DNA of 64,000 bases from Minisyncoccota bacterium. GTDB lineage: Bacteria; Patescibacteriota; Minisyncoccia; Phycocordibacterales; JABMNX01. This document shows positions 39,842-49,353 of this stretch, in pieces. A program made the position numbers and the translations under genes. The DNA is taken from contig OZ244961.1 in the NCBI GenBank assembly GCA_965222715.1, positions 268,609 to 332,608 of the forward strand, written 5' to 3'. The stretch's first letter is position 1, and the number at the start of each line of letters is the position of its first letter. A model generated the notes under the pieces. That model had not been told where the DNA came from. It worked only from the letters and a program-made list of their open reading frames with translations, and did not search any database.

Positions 39842-40015
39842 CTAACTTGGCTCTTTACCAGAACCCCCACATCGACTGCAGTTAACTTTTCCGTTCGTGC
39901 AGCTCATGCAAATGGGACAGTGAACATCTGGAGAGGTGCCACTTCCACCACAGACATCGCAATTTTGTTTACCACTTCCTTTGCATTTAGTGCATTTATC
40001 CGATGACTTGGTCAC
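39842..40015 (-). CDS. 57-aa DnaJ-type zinc-finger miniprotein (CxxCxGxG repeats)
   Basis: Read directly from the - strand: (M)TKSSDKCTKCKGSGKQNCDVCGGSGTSPDVHCPICMSCTNGKVNCSRCGGSGKEPS. GTG start with AGGAGAAAAA RBS 5 nt upstream. Not in the ORF track (under 60 aa). Confidence 0.5.
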   Translation of the reverse strand: MTKSSDKCTKCKGSGKQNCDVCGGSGTSPDVHCPICMSCTNGKVNCSRCGGSGKEPS

Positions 40016-40050
40016 GGTTTTTCTCCTAAAAATTAGTACTGAGTTCTAGC

Positions 40051-40320
40051 TTACAAGTTTTTCTTTCTTTCTTCCAGTGCATTAATTTCTTTTGCCAACA
40101 TCCTGTCTTTTTCAGTAACAATGTTCCCCGCATCATGAGTCGTCATACTCACTTCTACATGATTATAATTTGTAATACATATGTCAGGATGATGTTGGTG
40201 TTTCTCAGCCAACTCCCCTATTTTATTTACAAATGCTAAGGATTCTGAAAAATCCTTACATACAAATGTGGCGTGTAGTATATTATTTTCTTCTTTCCAA
40301 TTATTTATATTAGTATTCAT
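40051..40320 (-). CDS. pterin-4a-carbinolamine dehydratase (PCD/DCoH)
   Basis: EKHQHHPD ... TTHDAGNIVTEKD matches the PCD signature. Confidence 0.8.
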   Translation of the reverse strand: MNTNINNWKEENNILHATFVCKDFSESLAFVNKIGELAEKHQHHPDICITNYNHVEVSMTTHDAGNIVTEKDRMLAKEINALEERKKNL

Positions 40321-40327
40321 AGTTAGA

Positions 40328-40741
40328 TTATTCTAACCCCTTACAATTCCCTGCTGGGAGATATCCTGCTGCTCGAGCAGCTTCTATTGAAGGAAAAGTG
40401 ATCTTATTCACCTCAGAGATGCGCTGTGCTCCCGAGCACCATGGGAAATGATACTTATTACTATTTTTTGAAGCAACCACTACCCCATCACCAGGCTGAG
40501 TTTCTATGTTTTGATCTATACCCCGAAAGGAGGAGGTTTGTGCTGTTTGTTGTTGAGATACCCTATTTTCTGGGCTTGCTGTGATAGTAACCGGCTCTCT
40601 TACGCCCTCAAGCGCTGATAATCTACCCAATCCAAACCCAGCAGTACCTACCAAAATCACCACAAAAACAATAAAGAGGTCAGAGGGTAGAAATAATAAA
40701 AAACTCTTGACCCTAAGCGCTATTTCACGTATACTCTCCAT
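40328..40741 (-). CDS. membrane-anchored protein with C-terminal Ada-like metal-binding domain
   Basis: N-terminal TM. C-terminal YHFPWCSGAQRISEVNKITFPSIEAARAAGYLPAGNCKG resembles the Ada N-terminal Zn-binding domain pattern (H.P.C....I...N..F.S.EAA.AAGY.PC) but retains only 2 of 4 Cys. Confidence 0.4.
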   Translation of the reverse strand: MESIREIALRVKSFLLFLPSDLFIVFVVILVGTAGFGLGRLSALEGVREPVTITASPENRVSQQQTAQTSSFRGIDQNIETQPGDGVVVASKNSNKYHFPWCSGAQRISEVNKITFPSIEAARAAGYLPAGNCKGLE

Positions 40742-40772
40742 ACTATAATTTGTAGTATATCAGTATCACTGT

Positions 40773-41045
40773 ATGGCACATAGAAAAGCGGGTGGAACAG
40801 CAAAAAACCTGCGAGATTCAAATCCTAAATATCTTGGTACAAAACTCTATGACGGCGCAAAAGCTAAAATAGGGTCTATTATCGTGCGTCAACGTGGCAC
40901 TAAAATTCTCCCTGGTAAAAATGTTGGTCTTGGTAGCGATCACACACTCTTTGCTCTCAAAGAAGGGATTGTAAAATTTCGCACCACTCGTAAAACTCGA
41001 TTTGATGGAAACACTGTTTCAAAGAAAACGGTAGACGTACAATAA
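40773..41045 (+). CDS. rpmA: 50S ribosomal protein L27
   Basis: [22 protein letters not shown] ... [26 protein letters not shown]. Confidence 0.95.
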   Translation: MAHRKAGGTAKNLRDSNPKYLGTKLYDGAKAKIGSIIVRQRGTKILPGKNVGLGSDHTLFALKEGIVKFRTTRKTRFDGNTVSKKTVDVQ

Positions 41046-41061
41046 GAAAAATAGGTAACAA

Positions 41062-41095
41062 AAAAAAAACGATCCTTTGCGATCGTTTTTTGTTT
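41062..41095. terminator. bidirectional terminator between rpmA and rplI
   Basis: A-run, then AAACGATC-ctttgc-GATCGTTT, then T-run. Confidence 0.65.
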
Positions 41096-41110
41096 TAATT
41101 TTATAGAAGT

Positions 41111-41554
41111 TTACGCTTCTTTAACGAGAAGTGCGAAAGAAGAATTCTTATCATTCACAGCAACGTTTATCGTATGCTCACCAGTTTCTTTTATTGGGGT
41201 TTTTAGTTCAATTGCATCTACAGGAAGATTAATGTGTACTTGTTTTTTTAACTCTTTCACAATATCTTCAGCAGCAATTCCTTTAAATAAATGACCTTTG
41301 TCATTTGCTTTTTGCACCATTCGTAACTGAACTGTCTTAAGATCTTCTAAATTTTTTTCAAGTAAATCTTCTTGAATTCTCTCCTCTTCATTCTGCACCT
41401 TCTTTTGTTCTTCAATTTCTTTAACTCGAGTGGGTGTTGCCCGTTCTGCTAACTTATTAGGCAATAAAAAATTCATTGCGTACCCATCAGATACTTCTTT
41501 TATATCAAACTTTTTTCCGCTCCCCTTAACATCGTGTAGTAAAATAACTTTCAT
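41111..41554 (-). CDS. rplI: 50S ribosomal protein L9
   Basis: [32 protein letters not shown] conserved L9 N-terminal domain. Confidence 0.92.
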   Translation of the reverse strand: MKVILLHDVKGSGKKFDIKEVSDGYAMNFLLPNKLAERATPTRVKEIEEQKKVQNEEERIQEDLLEKNLEDLKTVQLRMVQKANDKGHLFKGIAAEDIVKELKKQVHINLPVDAIELKTPIKETGEHTINVAVNDKNSSFALLVKEA

Positions 41555-41599
41555 AATGACAAGTAGTATACCGTATTTTCTTCCTTTTCTAAAGCTTCA

Positions 41600-42859
41600 C
41601 TAAAGAGAGAGTAGGTATTCAGCTGCTCTCTCCATTTGTGGGTCAACACCATTTTCTATATCTTCAGCTGTACGTTCAACCTCAATATCAGGTGTGAGTC
41701 CCTGCTCAGAGATCGAGTGTCCTTTCGGGGTAAGCCAGCGAGCAATAGTAACTTTCAAAGAAGTGCTGTCGGTGATACTTACTAATTCTTGAACAGATCC
41801 TTTTCCAAATGTCTTCTCTCCGACAAGTGTTGCAACACCATGCTCACTTAGTGCACCTGCAAGAATTTCTGATGCAGAAGCAGATCCTTGGTTTACTACA
41901 ATCACCATTTTTAATTCATCACTAAAGACGTCGTACCCTCTTGAACGATGTACTTTTGATTTAATATCATCACCAAAATGCTCTTCTACTACCACGGTAC
42001 CGACTGGGAGAAACCAACTTGCGATATCAACTGACGCTTCAAGAAAGCCTCCAGGGTTACCACGAAGATCAAGAATAAGTTTGTCTGAACCAGATAGTAT
42101 AAAATCACGAAGTGCTTCACGGAAAAGGTGCTGGGAGAGTGCTGAGAAGTTGTATAGTTGAATAACAAACACACCATCATCTCGAAGACCAGCCCCATCT
42201 TCTGTGCTTGTGCTTATTGTTGGAATCTGTATAACATCACGCTCAACAGAAATAGTGAGCAGCTCTGACTCACCCTCTCGTAATATAGTAAAGACCACTT
42301 CAGTTCCCCTTTCACCTCGAATAAGCTTCACTGCCTGCTCAACTGGCATTTCACGAGATTCTCTTCCATCTATTTCAATAATAACGTCTCCAGCTTGTAT
42401 ACCAGCTCTGTATGCAGGAGTATCTTTAAGTGGAGAAACTACTGTTAATGATCCATCACGAGTACCGATTTCCATTCCCACACCCTCAAAATTTCCACTG
42501 ATATCCGCTTCAAATATTTCATTATCTTGTGGTGGTAGAAATACTGTGTACGGATCACCTAATGAGTCAGCAAGCCCTTGTGCGGCTCCCCAGACTCGAT
42601 CTTCACTGCTTATTTCTTCGGTACTACTCGCAGCAACATATTTTTCATCAATAACACTCCACGCACGCCATAATGGAGAAAAATCAACACCTTCAGGTGG
42701 CGTTATTTCGTTTTGTGTTAGTAAATTTGAAAGAGAACCAACACCACTTTCTTTGTTAGTTTCTGAGCCAACAAATACACCAAGACTAAATACTGCAATA
42801 ATGAGCACTGCAACACCAAGAGAAAGTGTAAGCTTGTGAACATGTTTTGGAGAATCCAT
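41600..42859 (-). CDS. ctpA: carboxyl-terminal processing protease (S41) with PDZ domain
   Basis: PDZ region. LILDLRGNPGGFLEASVDIASWF S41 signature. TM anchor. Confidence 0.88.
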   Translation of the reverse strand: MDSPKHVHKLTLSLGVAVLIIAVFSLGVFVGSETNKESGVGSLSNLLTQNEITPPEGVDFSPLWRAWSVIDEKYVAASSTEEISSEDRVWGAAQGLADSLGDPYTVFLPPQDNEIFEADISGNFEGVGMEIGTRDGSLTVVSPLKDTPAYRAGIQAGDVIIEIDGRESREMPVEQAVKLIRGERGTEVVFTILREGESELLTISVERDVIQIPTISTSTEDGAGLRDDGVFVIQLYNFSALSQHLFREALRDFILSGSDKLILDLRGNPGGFLEASVDIASWFLPVGTVVVEEHFGDDIKSKVHRSRGYDVFSDELKMVIVVNQGSASASEILAGALSEHGVATLVGEKTFGKGSVQELVSITDSTSLKVTIARWLTPKGHSISEQGLTPDIEVERTAEDIENGVDPQMERAAEYLLSL

Positions 42860-42966
42860 ACCGCGTCATTATCTCAAAATGAGTATACTTGGTCAACGCA
42901 TACGTATTGATATTCACGTATGTGCGTATGCACAATGAGTGCGTTAGTATAAAATAGAGACTATAT

Positions 42967-43881
42967 ATGATATCTGTACACAAACATAAACACCTCACTT
43001 GGGTTGATGTCGAATCACCTGACCCAGAAGAAATACGTGAGCTCATGGAGAGATATAATATTGATCCACTTGTTGCGGAAGAATTGCTCCTTCCTACGCT
43101 TAAGCCCCGAGTTGATAAGTATCCTAACTTTATTTATCTCATCCTCCACTTCCCCGCCGTACGACACGCCCACAGTATAGATCAGAACCAAGAAGTTGAT
43201 TTTATTATTGGAAAAGATTTCATTATTACGACACGATACGACAGCATTGACCCACTACATAAGTTCTCGAAAGTGTTTGAAGTTAATTCAGTGCTTGATA
43301 AAAGTGATATTGGTGAACATGCAGGATTTCTTTTCTTCTACATGGTTCGGAAGCTTTATAAATCAATTGAACACGAATTAGAGTATATTGATGATTCACT
43401 TGAAATTATCGAAGAAGATATTTTTGAAGGAAAGGAACGTGAAATGGTCACCGCTCTTTCTAATGTAAGTCGTGATTTACTTAATTTAAAGCAAGCGCTT
43501 ACGCCCCATCACGAAGTACTTAATTCATTTGCTGATGTTGGTAAGGAATTTTTTGGAGAAAAATTTGGATACCATATTAGTTCAATTATGGGTGAGTATT
43601 TCCGTATCCGAAACGGCATTTCAATACATACTGAAACCCTCTATGAACTCCGCCAAACCAACAACTCACTTCTTTCAACGAAGCAAAATGAGGTGATGAA
43701 AGTGTTAACCATTTTGGCATTTGTAACTTTCCCACTTATGCTCATTTCTTCAATCTTTGGTATGAACACTAAAATCCTTCCTATCGTTGGCGCACCCTTT
43801 GATTTTTGGATTATCATGGGCATAATGGTCTTTGCTACAGCATTTATGTTTATCTTCTTTAAACGAAAAGGCTGGCTATAA
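42967..43881 (+). CDS. corA: CorA-family magnesium transporter
   Basis: C-terminal two TM with FGMN motif (FPLMLISSIFGMNTK). Confidence 0.85.
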   Translation: MISVHKHKHLTWVDVESPDPEEIRELMERYNIDPLVAEELLLPTLKPRVDKYPNFIYLILHFPAVRHAHSIDQNQEVDFIIGKDFIITTRYDSIDPLHKFSKVFEVNSVLDKSDIGEHAGFLFFYMVRKLYKSIEHELEYIDDSLEIIEEDIFEGKEREMVTALSNVSRDLLNLKQALTPHHEVLNSFADVGKEFFGEKFGYHISSIMGEYFRIRNGISIHTETLYELRQTNNSLLSTKQNEVMKVLTILAFVTFPLMLISSIFGMNTKILPIVGAPFDFWIIMGIMVFATAFMFIFFKRKGWL

Positions 43882-43887
43882 ACCTTT

Positions 43888-45402
43888 ATGCGCATTCCTT
43901 TAGTATCGCTCTTTAAGCGGAAACAAGAACCAGAACAAACACCTCAAAGCCCTCTATTTCTTTTTAATACGCTTACGAAGAGAAAAGACACGTTCACTCC
44001 TCTCAAAAAAGAACAAGTGGGACTCTACACTTGTGGGCCAACAGTGTATGACCGTGCACATATTGGAAACCTGCGTTCATACGTCTTCTCTGACGTACTA
44101 CGTCGAGTTCTTGAATACAATGGATATAACGTAAAACAGATCATCAATATTACTGATGTTGGCCACCTCACCTCAGATGAAGACTCTGGTGACGATAAAA
44201 TGATGCTTGCTCTTAAACGAGAAGGGCTTCCTGTTACACTCACAGAAATGAAAAAAGTCGGAAGTACCTATACAAAACTATTTAAAGAAGATCTAAAAGA
44301 ATTAAATATAAAGACACCACACGCATTTCCTCGAGCGAGTGAGCACATAGAGGGACAGATTGCGTTCATTAAAACTCTTGAAGAAAAGGGTTATACCTAC
44401 CTCCTTAAAGATGGAGTATATTTCGATACAAACCGTTTTGAGCAGTATGGGGCACTGGGTGGTCTCTCTAAACAAGAACAAGAGACAGTGTCTCGCATTG
44501 GAGAACATAAAGATAAACGTAAGCAAGAAGATTTTGCACTTTGGAAACTATCCACTTCTGAGACACCGTCAGGAAAACCACTTGGATGGGACTCTCCATG
44601 GGGTATTGGGTTTCCTGGTTGGCATATTGAGTGCTCAGCCATGTCAACGCAGTATCTTGGAAAACAATTTGATATTCATACTGGTGGAGTGGATCATATC
44701 GCAATCCATCACAATAATGAAATAGCTCAAACAGAAGCGATTACGGGGAAGCAGTTCGTGCACTACTGGCTCCACAATACGTTTATCACTATAGAAAACA
44801 AAAAAATAGCAAAATCTGCTGGAAATAATATCTATCTCTATCAACTCCAAGACAGAGGGTACCCTGCATTTGCGTATCGATACTGGCTCTTAACTGGACA
44901 CTATCGCACTCCTATGAACTTTACTTGGGAAGCACTTGATGGAGCGTATCAAGCACTCATCAAACTCCACAAACAATTTCTTGATCTTGGCAATCGTAAT
45001 GGAGTGATTAACAAGGAGTATCAAAAAAAATTCTTGGAATATGTTAATGATGATCTTAATACCCCGAAAGCAATCGCCCTTCTCTGGGAGTTACTAGATG
45101 ATAGTTCTGTAAATAATAAAGATAAACGAGTCACCATTCTTGATATGAACCGTGTACTTGCTATTGGTTTCATCGAATCATACAAACAAATGAAAGAAAT
45201 GTTCGCGGGTGAGACCAAAAAAGTTGAAGTAAAAGAAGCTCCAAAAGATGTGCAGGAATTAGTCAAAGAACGTGAAGCAGCCCGCAACCAAAAAGATTGG
45301 GAAACTGCTGATACTTTGAGAGATCAAATTTCTAAAAAAGGCTATACGGTCTCAGATACTGACAGTGGTCCTGAATTAACGCAGAATGTAGACAGGAAAT
45401 AA
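43888..45402 (+). CDS. cysS: cysteinyl-tRNA synthetase
   Basis: CGPTVYDRAHIGNLRSYV (HIGH), WHIECS zinc site and KIAKSAGN (KMSKS variant). N-terminal about 25 aa may be over-called. Confidence 0.92.
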   Translation: MRIPLVSLFKRKQEPEQTPQSPLFLFNTLTKRKDTFTPLKKEQVGLYTCGPTVYDRAHIGNLRSYVFSDVLRRVLEYNGYNVKQIINITDVGHLTSDEDSGDDKMMLALKREGLPVTLTEMKKVGSTYTKLFKEDLKELNIKTPHAFPRASEHIEGQIAFIKTLEEKGYTYLLKDGVYFDTNRFEQYGALGGLSKQEQETVSRIGEHKDKRKQEDFALWKLSTSETPSGKPLGWDSPWGIGFPGWHIECSAMSTQYLGKQFDIHTGGVDHIAIHHNNEIAQTEAITGKQFVHYWLHNTFITIENKKIAKSAGNNIYLYQLQDRGYPAFAYRYWLLTGHYRTPMNFTWEALDGAYQALIKLHKQFLDLGNRNGVINKEYQKKFLEYVNDDLNTPKAIALLWELLDDSSVNNKDKRVTILDMNRVLAIGFIESYKQMKEMFAGETKKVEVKEAPKDVQELVKEREAARNQKDWETADTLRDQISKKGYTVSDTDSGPELTQNVDRK

Positions 45403-45512
45403 GCCGCATATCAGGTTCTCCCCATATAAATCACACAAAGCCAACAAAAGCACTGAAATGACAAGATTTAGTGTTTTTTCTTTATGCTACAATGGCTCCA
45501 TACTAAAGTTGT

Positions 45513-46874
45513 ATGTCAAAAGATACGCGCATCCCCCCACAAAGTATTGATTCAGAAAAAGCTTTTCTTGGCTCAATTATGCTTAAACCAGATGCAATGC
45601 ATGAAGTTGTTGATATGGTTAAATCTGACTCTTTCTATAGTGAAAAACACCGCATTATTTACGATGCAATGCTCTCATTGTTTGAGAGAAATGAGCCAAT
45701 TGATCTCCTTTCTCTTTCAACAAAACTTAAGGAAAAGAAACAACTTGAACAAATTGGTGGGAATACATATCTGACTGAGTTAGTAAACTTTGTACCATCT
45801 GCCGCAAACATCAAGCACTACGCGGATATTGTGCAGAAAAAGTACATGATGCGTAATCTCATACACGCAGCTGATCATATTTCAGAACTTGGATATGAAG
45901 AAGATAGTGAGGTTGAGCATGTTCTTGATTCAGCGCAATCAAAAATTCTTGAAGTAACTAACTCCCCTACTCTCCAAAAGTTTATTGCATTGAAAGACAC
46001 TCTTACAGAAGCATGGGAGCGGCTTGAGCATTTACACCAATCAAAAGATGAGTTGCGGGGAGTTAAGAGTGGTTTTAAAGAACTTGATAATTTACTCGCC
46101 GGATTTCAAAAATCAGACCTAGTTATTCTTGCGGCTCGGCCATCTATGGGTAAAACCTCTCTGGCACTTGATATCGCTCGACAAACTGCGGTGCAACACA
46201 AGACACCAGTGGGTATCTTTTCTCTTGAGATGAGTGCGCAACAGTTGGTTGATCGTATGCTTGCTGCTCAGTCACACGTTAATGCATGGAAGCTTCGTAC
46301 CGGAAAGCTCTCAACCGATGAAGAGTTTGATAAACTGCAAGATGCGCTCAACGTACTCTCTCAAGCACCTATTTATATTGATGATAAAGCATCAAGTAAT
46401 GTGCTTCAGATGCGTGCTGTTGCACGACGTCTCAAGCATGAGAAAGGTCTTGGTTTGATTATTATCGACTATCTCCAGCTTATTATGCCAACGGATGGAC
46501 GACGTTCTGATTCAATGGTGCAACAAGTAACTGAAATCTCACGTGCACTTAAAGGTATGGCACGAGAGCTTGATGTGCCAGTTATTGCACTCTCTCAGCT
46601 TTCACGTGCAGTTGAACAACGTCGTGGTCGCCCTCGCCTCTCAGACCTCCGTGACTCTGGTTCTATTGAGCAAGATGCTGATGTCGTTATGTTTATTCAC
46701 CGTGATGATAAGATGAATGAAAATTCAGACCGACCAAATATCGCTGAAGTACTTGTTGAGAAGCACCGAAATGGACCTGTTGGCAAAGTAGAATTCTACT
46801 TTGATGAACAGAAAGCAACATTTCTTTCAATTGATAAAAGTGACTTTCACGGTGCTGAAACTGAAGACTTTTAA
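45513..46874 (+). CDS. dnaB: replicative DNA helicase
   Basis: Walker A ARPSMGKTSLALD, DnaB motifs and C-terminal RecA-like fold. No intein. Confidence 0.95.
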   Translation: MSKDTRIPPQSIDSEKAFLGSIMLKPDAMHEVVDMVKSDSFYSEKHRIIYDAMLSLFERNEPIDLLSLSTKLKEKKQLEQIGGNTYLTELVNFVPSAANIKHYADIVQKKYMMRNLIHAADHISELGYEEDSEVEHVLDSAQSKILEVTNSPTLQKFIALKDTLTEAWERLEHLHQSKDELRGVKSGFKELDNLLAGFQKSDLVILAARPSMGKTSLALDIARQTAVQHKTPVGIFSLEMSAQQLVDRMLAAQSHVNAWKLRTGKLSTDEEFDKLQDALNVLSQAPIYIDDKASSNVLQMRAVARRLKHEKGLGLIIIDYLQLIMPTDGRRSDSMVQQVTEISRALKGMARELDVPVIALSQLSRAVEQRRGRPRLSDLRDSGSIEQDADVVMFIHRDDKMNENSDRPNIAEVLVEKHRNGPVGKVEFYFDEQKATFLSIDKSDFHGAETEDF

Positions 46875-46882
46875 TACCTACT

Positions 46883-47491
46883 ATGGATAGCATTCACAAA
46901 CTTACAGAACTGTTTACTCGCCTTCCTGGTATTGGTCCCCGCCAAGCACAGCGCTTTACATATTACCTCCTCTCTGCGCCAGCAGGATATCGTAGCGAAC
47001 TAATCCGACTTATTGGTTCATTAAAAGACGAAGCAAAGACATGTCCCTCATGTCAGCGTTTTCACTCAAATCACGCTGAATTATGCACGACCTGCGCTGA
47101 CACTGGCAGAGACGAGACACTTCTTATGGTGGTTGGGAAAGATATTGATCTTGATAATGTAGAGCGCACAAAAGATTATCATGGCTACTATTTCGTGCTT
47201 GGCGGCACCGTTCCGCTGCTTGAGAAAAAGGAAAATCCATTTATAAAAGAAAAAGAGCTTCTTACTACCGTTGAAAGAAGAATACAAAATGGGTTACAAG
47301 AGATTGTACTTGCATTTTCACTAAATCCAGAAGGAGAACACACTACCCAACACGTACAAAAACTTCTTACTTCCCTATCAGAAAAACACTCTTTTAAAAT
47401 ATCAGTACTTGGTCGAGGACTTTCAACTGGTTCAGAGCTTGAATACTCAGATCCAGAGACACTTAAAAATGCTTTAAAAAATCGAGTCTAA
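46883..47491 (+). CDS. recR: recombination protein RecR
   Basis: HhH (LPGIGPRQAQR), C4 zinc finger CPSCQ...CTTC, Toprim domain. Confidence 0.93.
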   Translation: MDSIHKLTELFTRLPGIGPRQAQRFTYYLLSAPAGYRSELIRLIGSLKDEAKTCPSCQRFHSNHAELCTTCADTGRDETLLMVVGKDIDLDNVERTKDYHGYYFVLGGTVPLLEKKENPFIKEKELLTTVERRIQNGLQEIVLAFSLNPEGEHTTQHVQKLLTSLSEKHSFKISVLGRGLSTGSELEYSDPETLKNALKNRV

Positions 47492-47554
47492 TTGACAAAC
47501 ATAAAAAATGTGTTTAAAATTAGCACAACTGTTCTTTAGTATGAGGAGGAAGAA

Positions 47555-48046
47555 ATGCGCTTTGCATATGGCGCTACTAGGTGGGTTATTATAACCAACC
47601 AGTACGCAATCAAAATTGCTCGTTTCCGCCCCCTACGTCCGTTTATCAGATTAATCGATGCTTTTGGGAAAAAAGAGGTGGGTCCCTGTCTCAAAAAACA
47701 TCACGAGAACCCACTTCTTGCGTCGATCAAGTATCTTTTTGCGGGCGTAGTGGCAAACTACACTGAATATCAAGTGTACAAGAAATATTCTGAACTTGAA
47801 GAACTTGCCCCAACTCTGACCACCTTTTTCTTCTTGGTAAACATTCAGATCAGTGGGAGACAAGCGACGGAAGAAGATTTGAACGGTAGCGTCATTTTTA
47901 ATACCCTTCATGAGTATTTCTTAGGAGACACTGCTGACGCAAAGCAGTTTTGTCTTGTTGATGAGCAGGTACGGCTTGTTGATTATGGCGATGAAAAACT
48001 GTATCCCCTGCTCGCAACCTACAGCAAACTGAAAACCGCCCCTTAG
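47555..48046 (+). CDS. hypothetical protein with faint protein-kinase-like motifs
   Basis: YAIKIAR (VAIK-like) near the N-terminus. LVDYGD (DFG-like) near the C-terminus. Only 163 aa. Weak. Confidence 0.35.
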   Translation: MRFAYGATRWVIITNQYAIKIARFRPLRPFIRLIDAFGKKEVGPCLKKHHENPLLASIKYLFAGVVANYTEYQVYKKYSELEELAPTLTTFFFLVNIQISGRQATEEDLNGSVIFNTLHEYFLGDTADAKQFCLVDEQVRLVDYGDEKLYPLLATYSKLKTAP

Positions 48047-48064
48047 GGGGCGGTGTTTATTTAT
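48032..48064. terminator. bidirectional terminator
   Basis: AAAACCGCCCC-ttag-GGGGCGGTGTTTATTT. Confidence 0.65.
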
Positions 48065-48480
48065 TTCAATGCTTCAATCTTTACTTGTGCGTATGGTTGA
48101 CGATGTCCGTACTTTTTAAAGTACCGGCTCTTTGATTTAAATTTAATAACACTTATTTTCTTTCCTTTTCCTTCTTCAATAAAAGAAGCGACAACTTTTG
48201 CACCCTTTATATATGGAGTACCAATAGTGGTATCTTTCCCGTTATCAACAAGAAGAACCTTGTCGAACTCTATTTTGTCTCCTTCTTTGTGTTCTTCTGA
48301 AAGTTTTTCAATAGTAAGTGTGTCACCAACTGAAACGACATATTGCTTTCCTCCAGTTTCAATAACAGCAAACTCGTCCTTGTTTGCTTCTTTTTTAGGA
48401 GCTGCTTTAGCTGGCGCCTTCTTAGGGGCGCTTTTTGTAGCTGTTTTTGTCTCTTTTTTTGTGGCTGTCTCAGTTGCCAT
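48061..48480 (-). CDS. rplU: 50S ribosomal protein L21 with Lys/Ala-rich N-terminal extension
   Basis: Core FAVIETGGKQYVVSVGD ... YGHRQPYAQVKI. Preceded by a roughly 37-aa AKP-type low-complexity tail (MATETATKKETKTATKSAPKKAPAKAAPKKEANKD). Confidence 0.88.
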   Translation of the reverse strand: MATETATKKETKTATKSAPKKAPAKAAPKKEANKDEFAVIETGGKQYVVSVGDTLTIEKLSEEHKEGDKIEFDKVLLVDNGKDTTIGTPYIKGAKVVASFIEEGKGKKISVIKFKSKSRYFKKYGHRQPYAQVKIEALK

Positions 48481-48618
48481 AATGACGGATATCATACCTA
48501 TAAATACAAAAAGATGCAAGTCCTATATAGCTAATCTCTTTATGCATAATTTGACATATTAAATAAAAAATTGTAAAAATTACTAAGAAATATCAACAAA
48601 TACTGAGAGGTGATCTCA

Positions 48619-49332
48619 ATGATTCCATCTTTTAAATCTGAACAAGATGTATGGCATTTCTTTCGTGGACCTGATGGTGCGGAAGCCCTTCAAGATCTAG
48701 AGAATCAGTTTCAAAAAAGGTTTCCAAAAGGACATAAAGAAAGCTTACGTCCTCTTACACGTTTCTTGTTGGATCCGGACATCCAAAAACGTTTTGGGGA
48801 AAATAACGGTTTTAAATTCATGAAATCGTTTCATCCTCGAGCCCTCCTTCTGCTATTAATTTATGGACAAGACTATACTCCGATGAAATGGGAGTCTTGT
48901 CCAAATCTCCCCGTTGAGCCAGAGTGGGGTGGGTGTTTCATAAACTCATTCCATTTTATGTGTGGAGTTAATGCACACAGAAAAATAAAAAAGGGGGTAG
49001 AGGAAGAAATTGTCTACGTAGAAGGTCTTGCAGACACTGGATATCCAGCTCCCATGCTTCATGCGTGGAATGCAAAGGGTCTTTGGGGGGAAGACGCAAT
49101 TGACTGGACCTGGTATACAAACAGTCATTTACATCGGTATTTTGGTATTCCATTTACTGATGCAGAGCTAAGGGAAATCTGGTCGTTCGCTGATCCGACC
49201 GGGAAAACGTTTTCTTCTGTCTTCCATAAAAAACACTTCGAGAGAATCGAGTGGTATCTTCACGAGTTTCTTGCTCGGCGAGAAGAGGAGCGAGCTGAAA
49301 TAAAACGGGCAAATGCCTGGGCCACGTGCTAA
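48619..49332 (+). CDS. hypothetical Trp-rich protein
   Basis: 238 aa, no recognised motif. RBS GAGAGG 8 nt upstream of the ATG at 48619. Confidence 0.45.
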   Translation: MIPSFKSEQDVWHFFRGPDGAEALQDLENQFQKRFPKGHKESLRPLTRFLLDPDIQKRFGENNGFKFMKSFHPRALLLLLIYGQDYTPMKWESCPNLPVEPEWGGCFINSFHFMCGVNAHRKIKKGVEEEIVYVEGLADTGYPAPMLHAWNAKGLWGEDAIDWTWYTNSHLHRYFGIPFTDAELREIWSFADPTGKTFSSVFHKKHFERIEWYLHEFLARREEERAEIKRANAWATC

Positions 49333-49350
49333 AGACGTGGCTTTTTCTTT
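49321..49350. terminator. bidirectional terminator
   Basis: GCCACGT-gctaaag-ACGTGGC then TTTTTCTTTT. Confidence 0.6.
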
Positions 49351-49353
49351 TAC

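Noticed and set aside
42204-42839. 211-aa + strand ORF inside ctpA
   Set aside because: Antisense to ctpA. Low-complexity Ser-rich translation.
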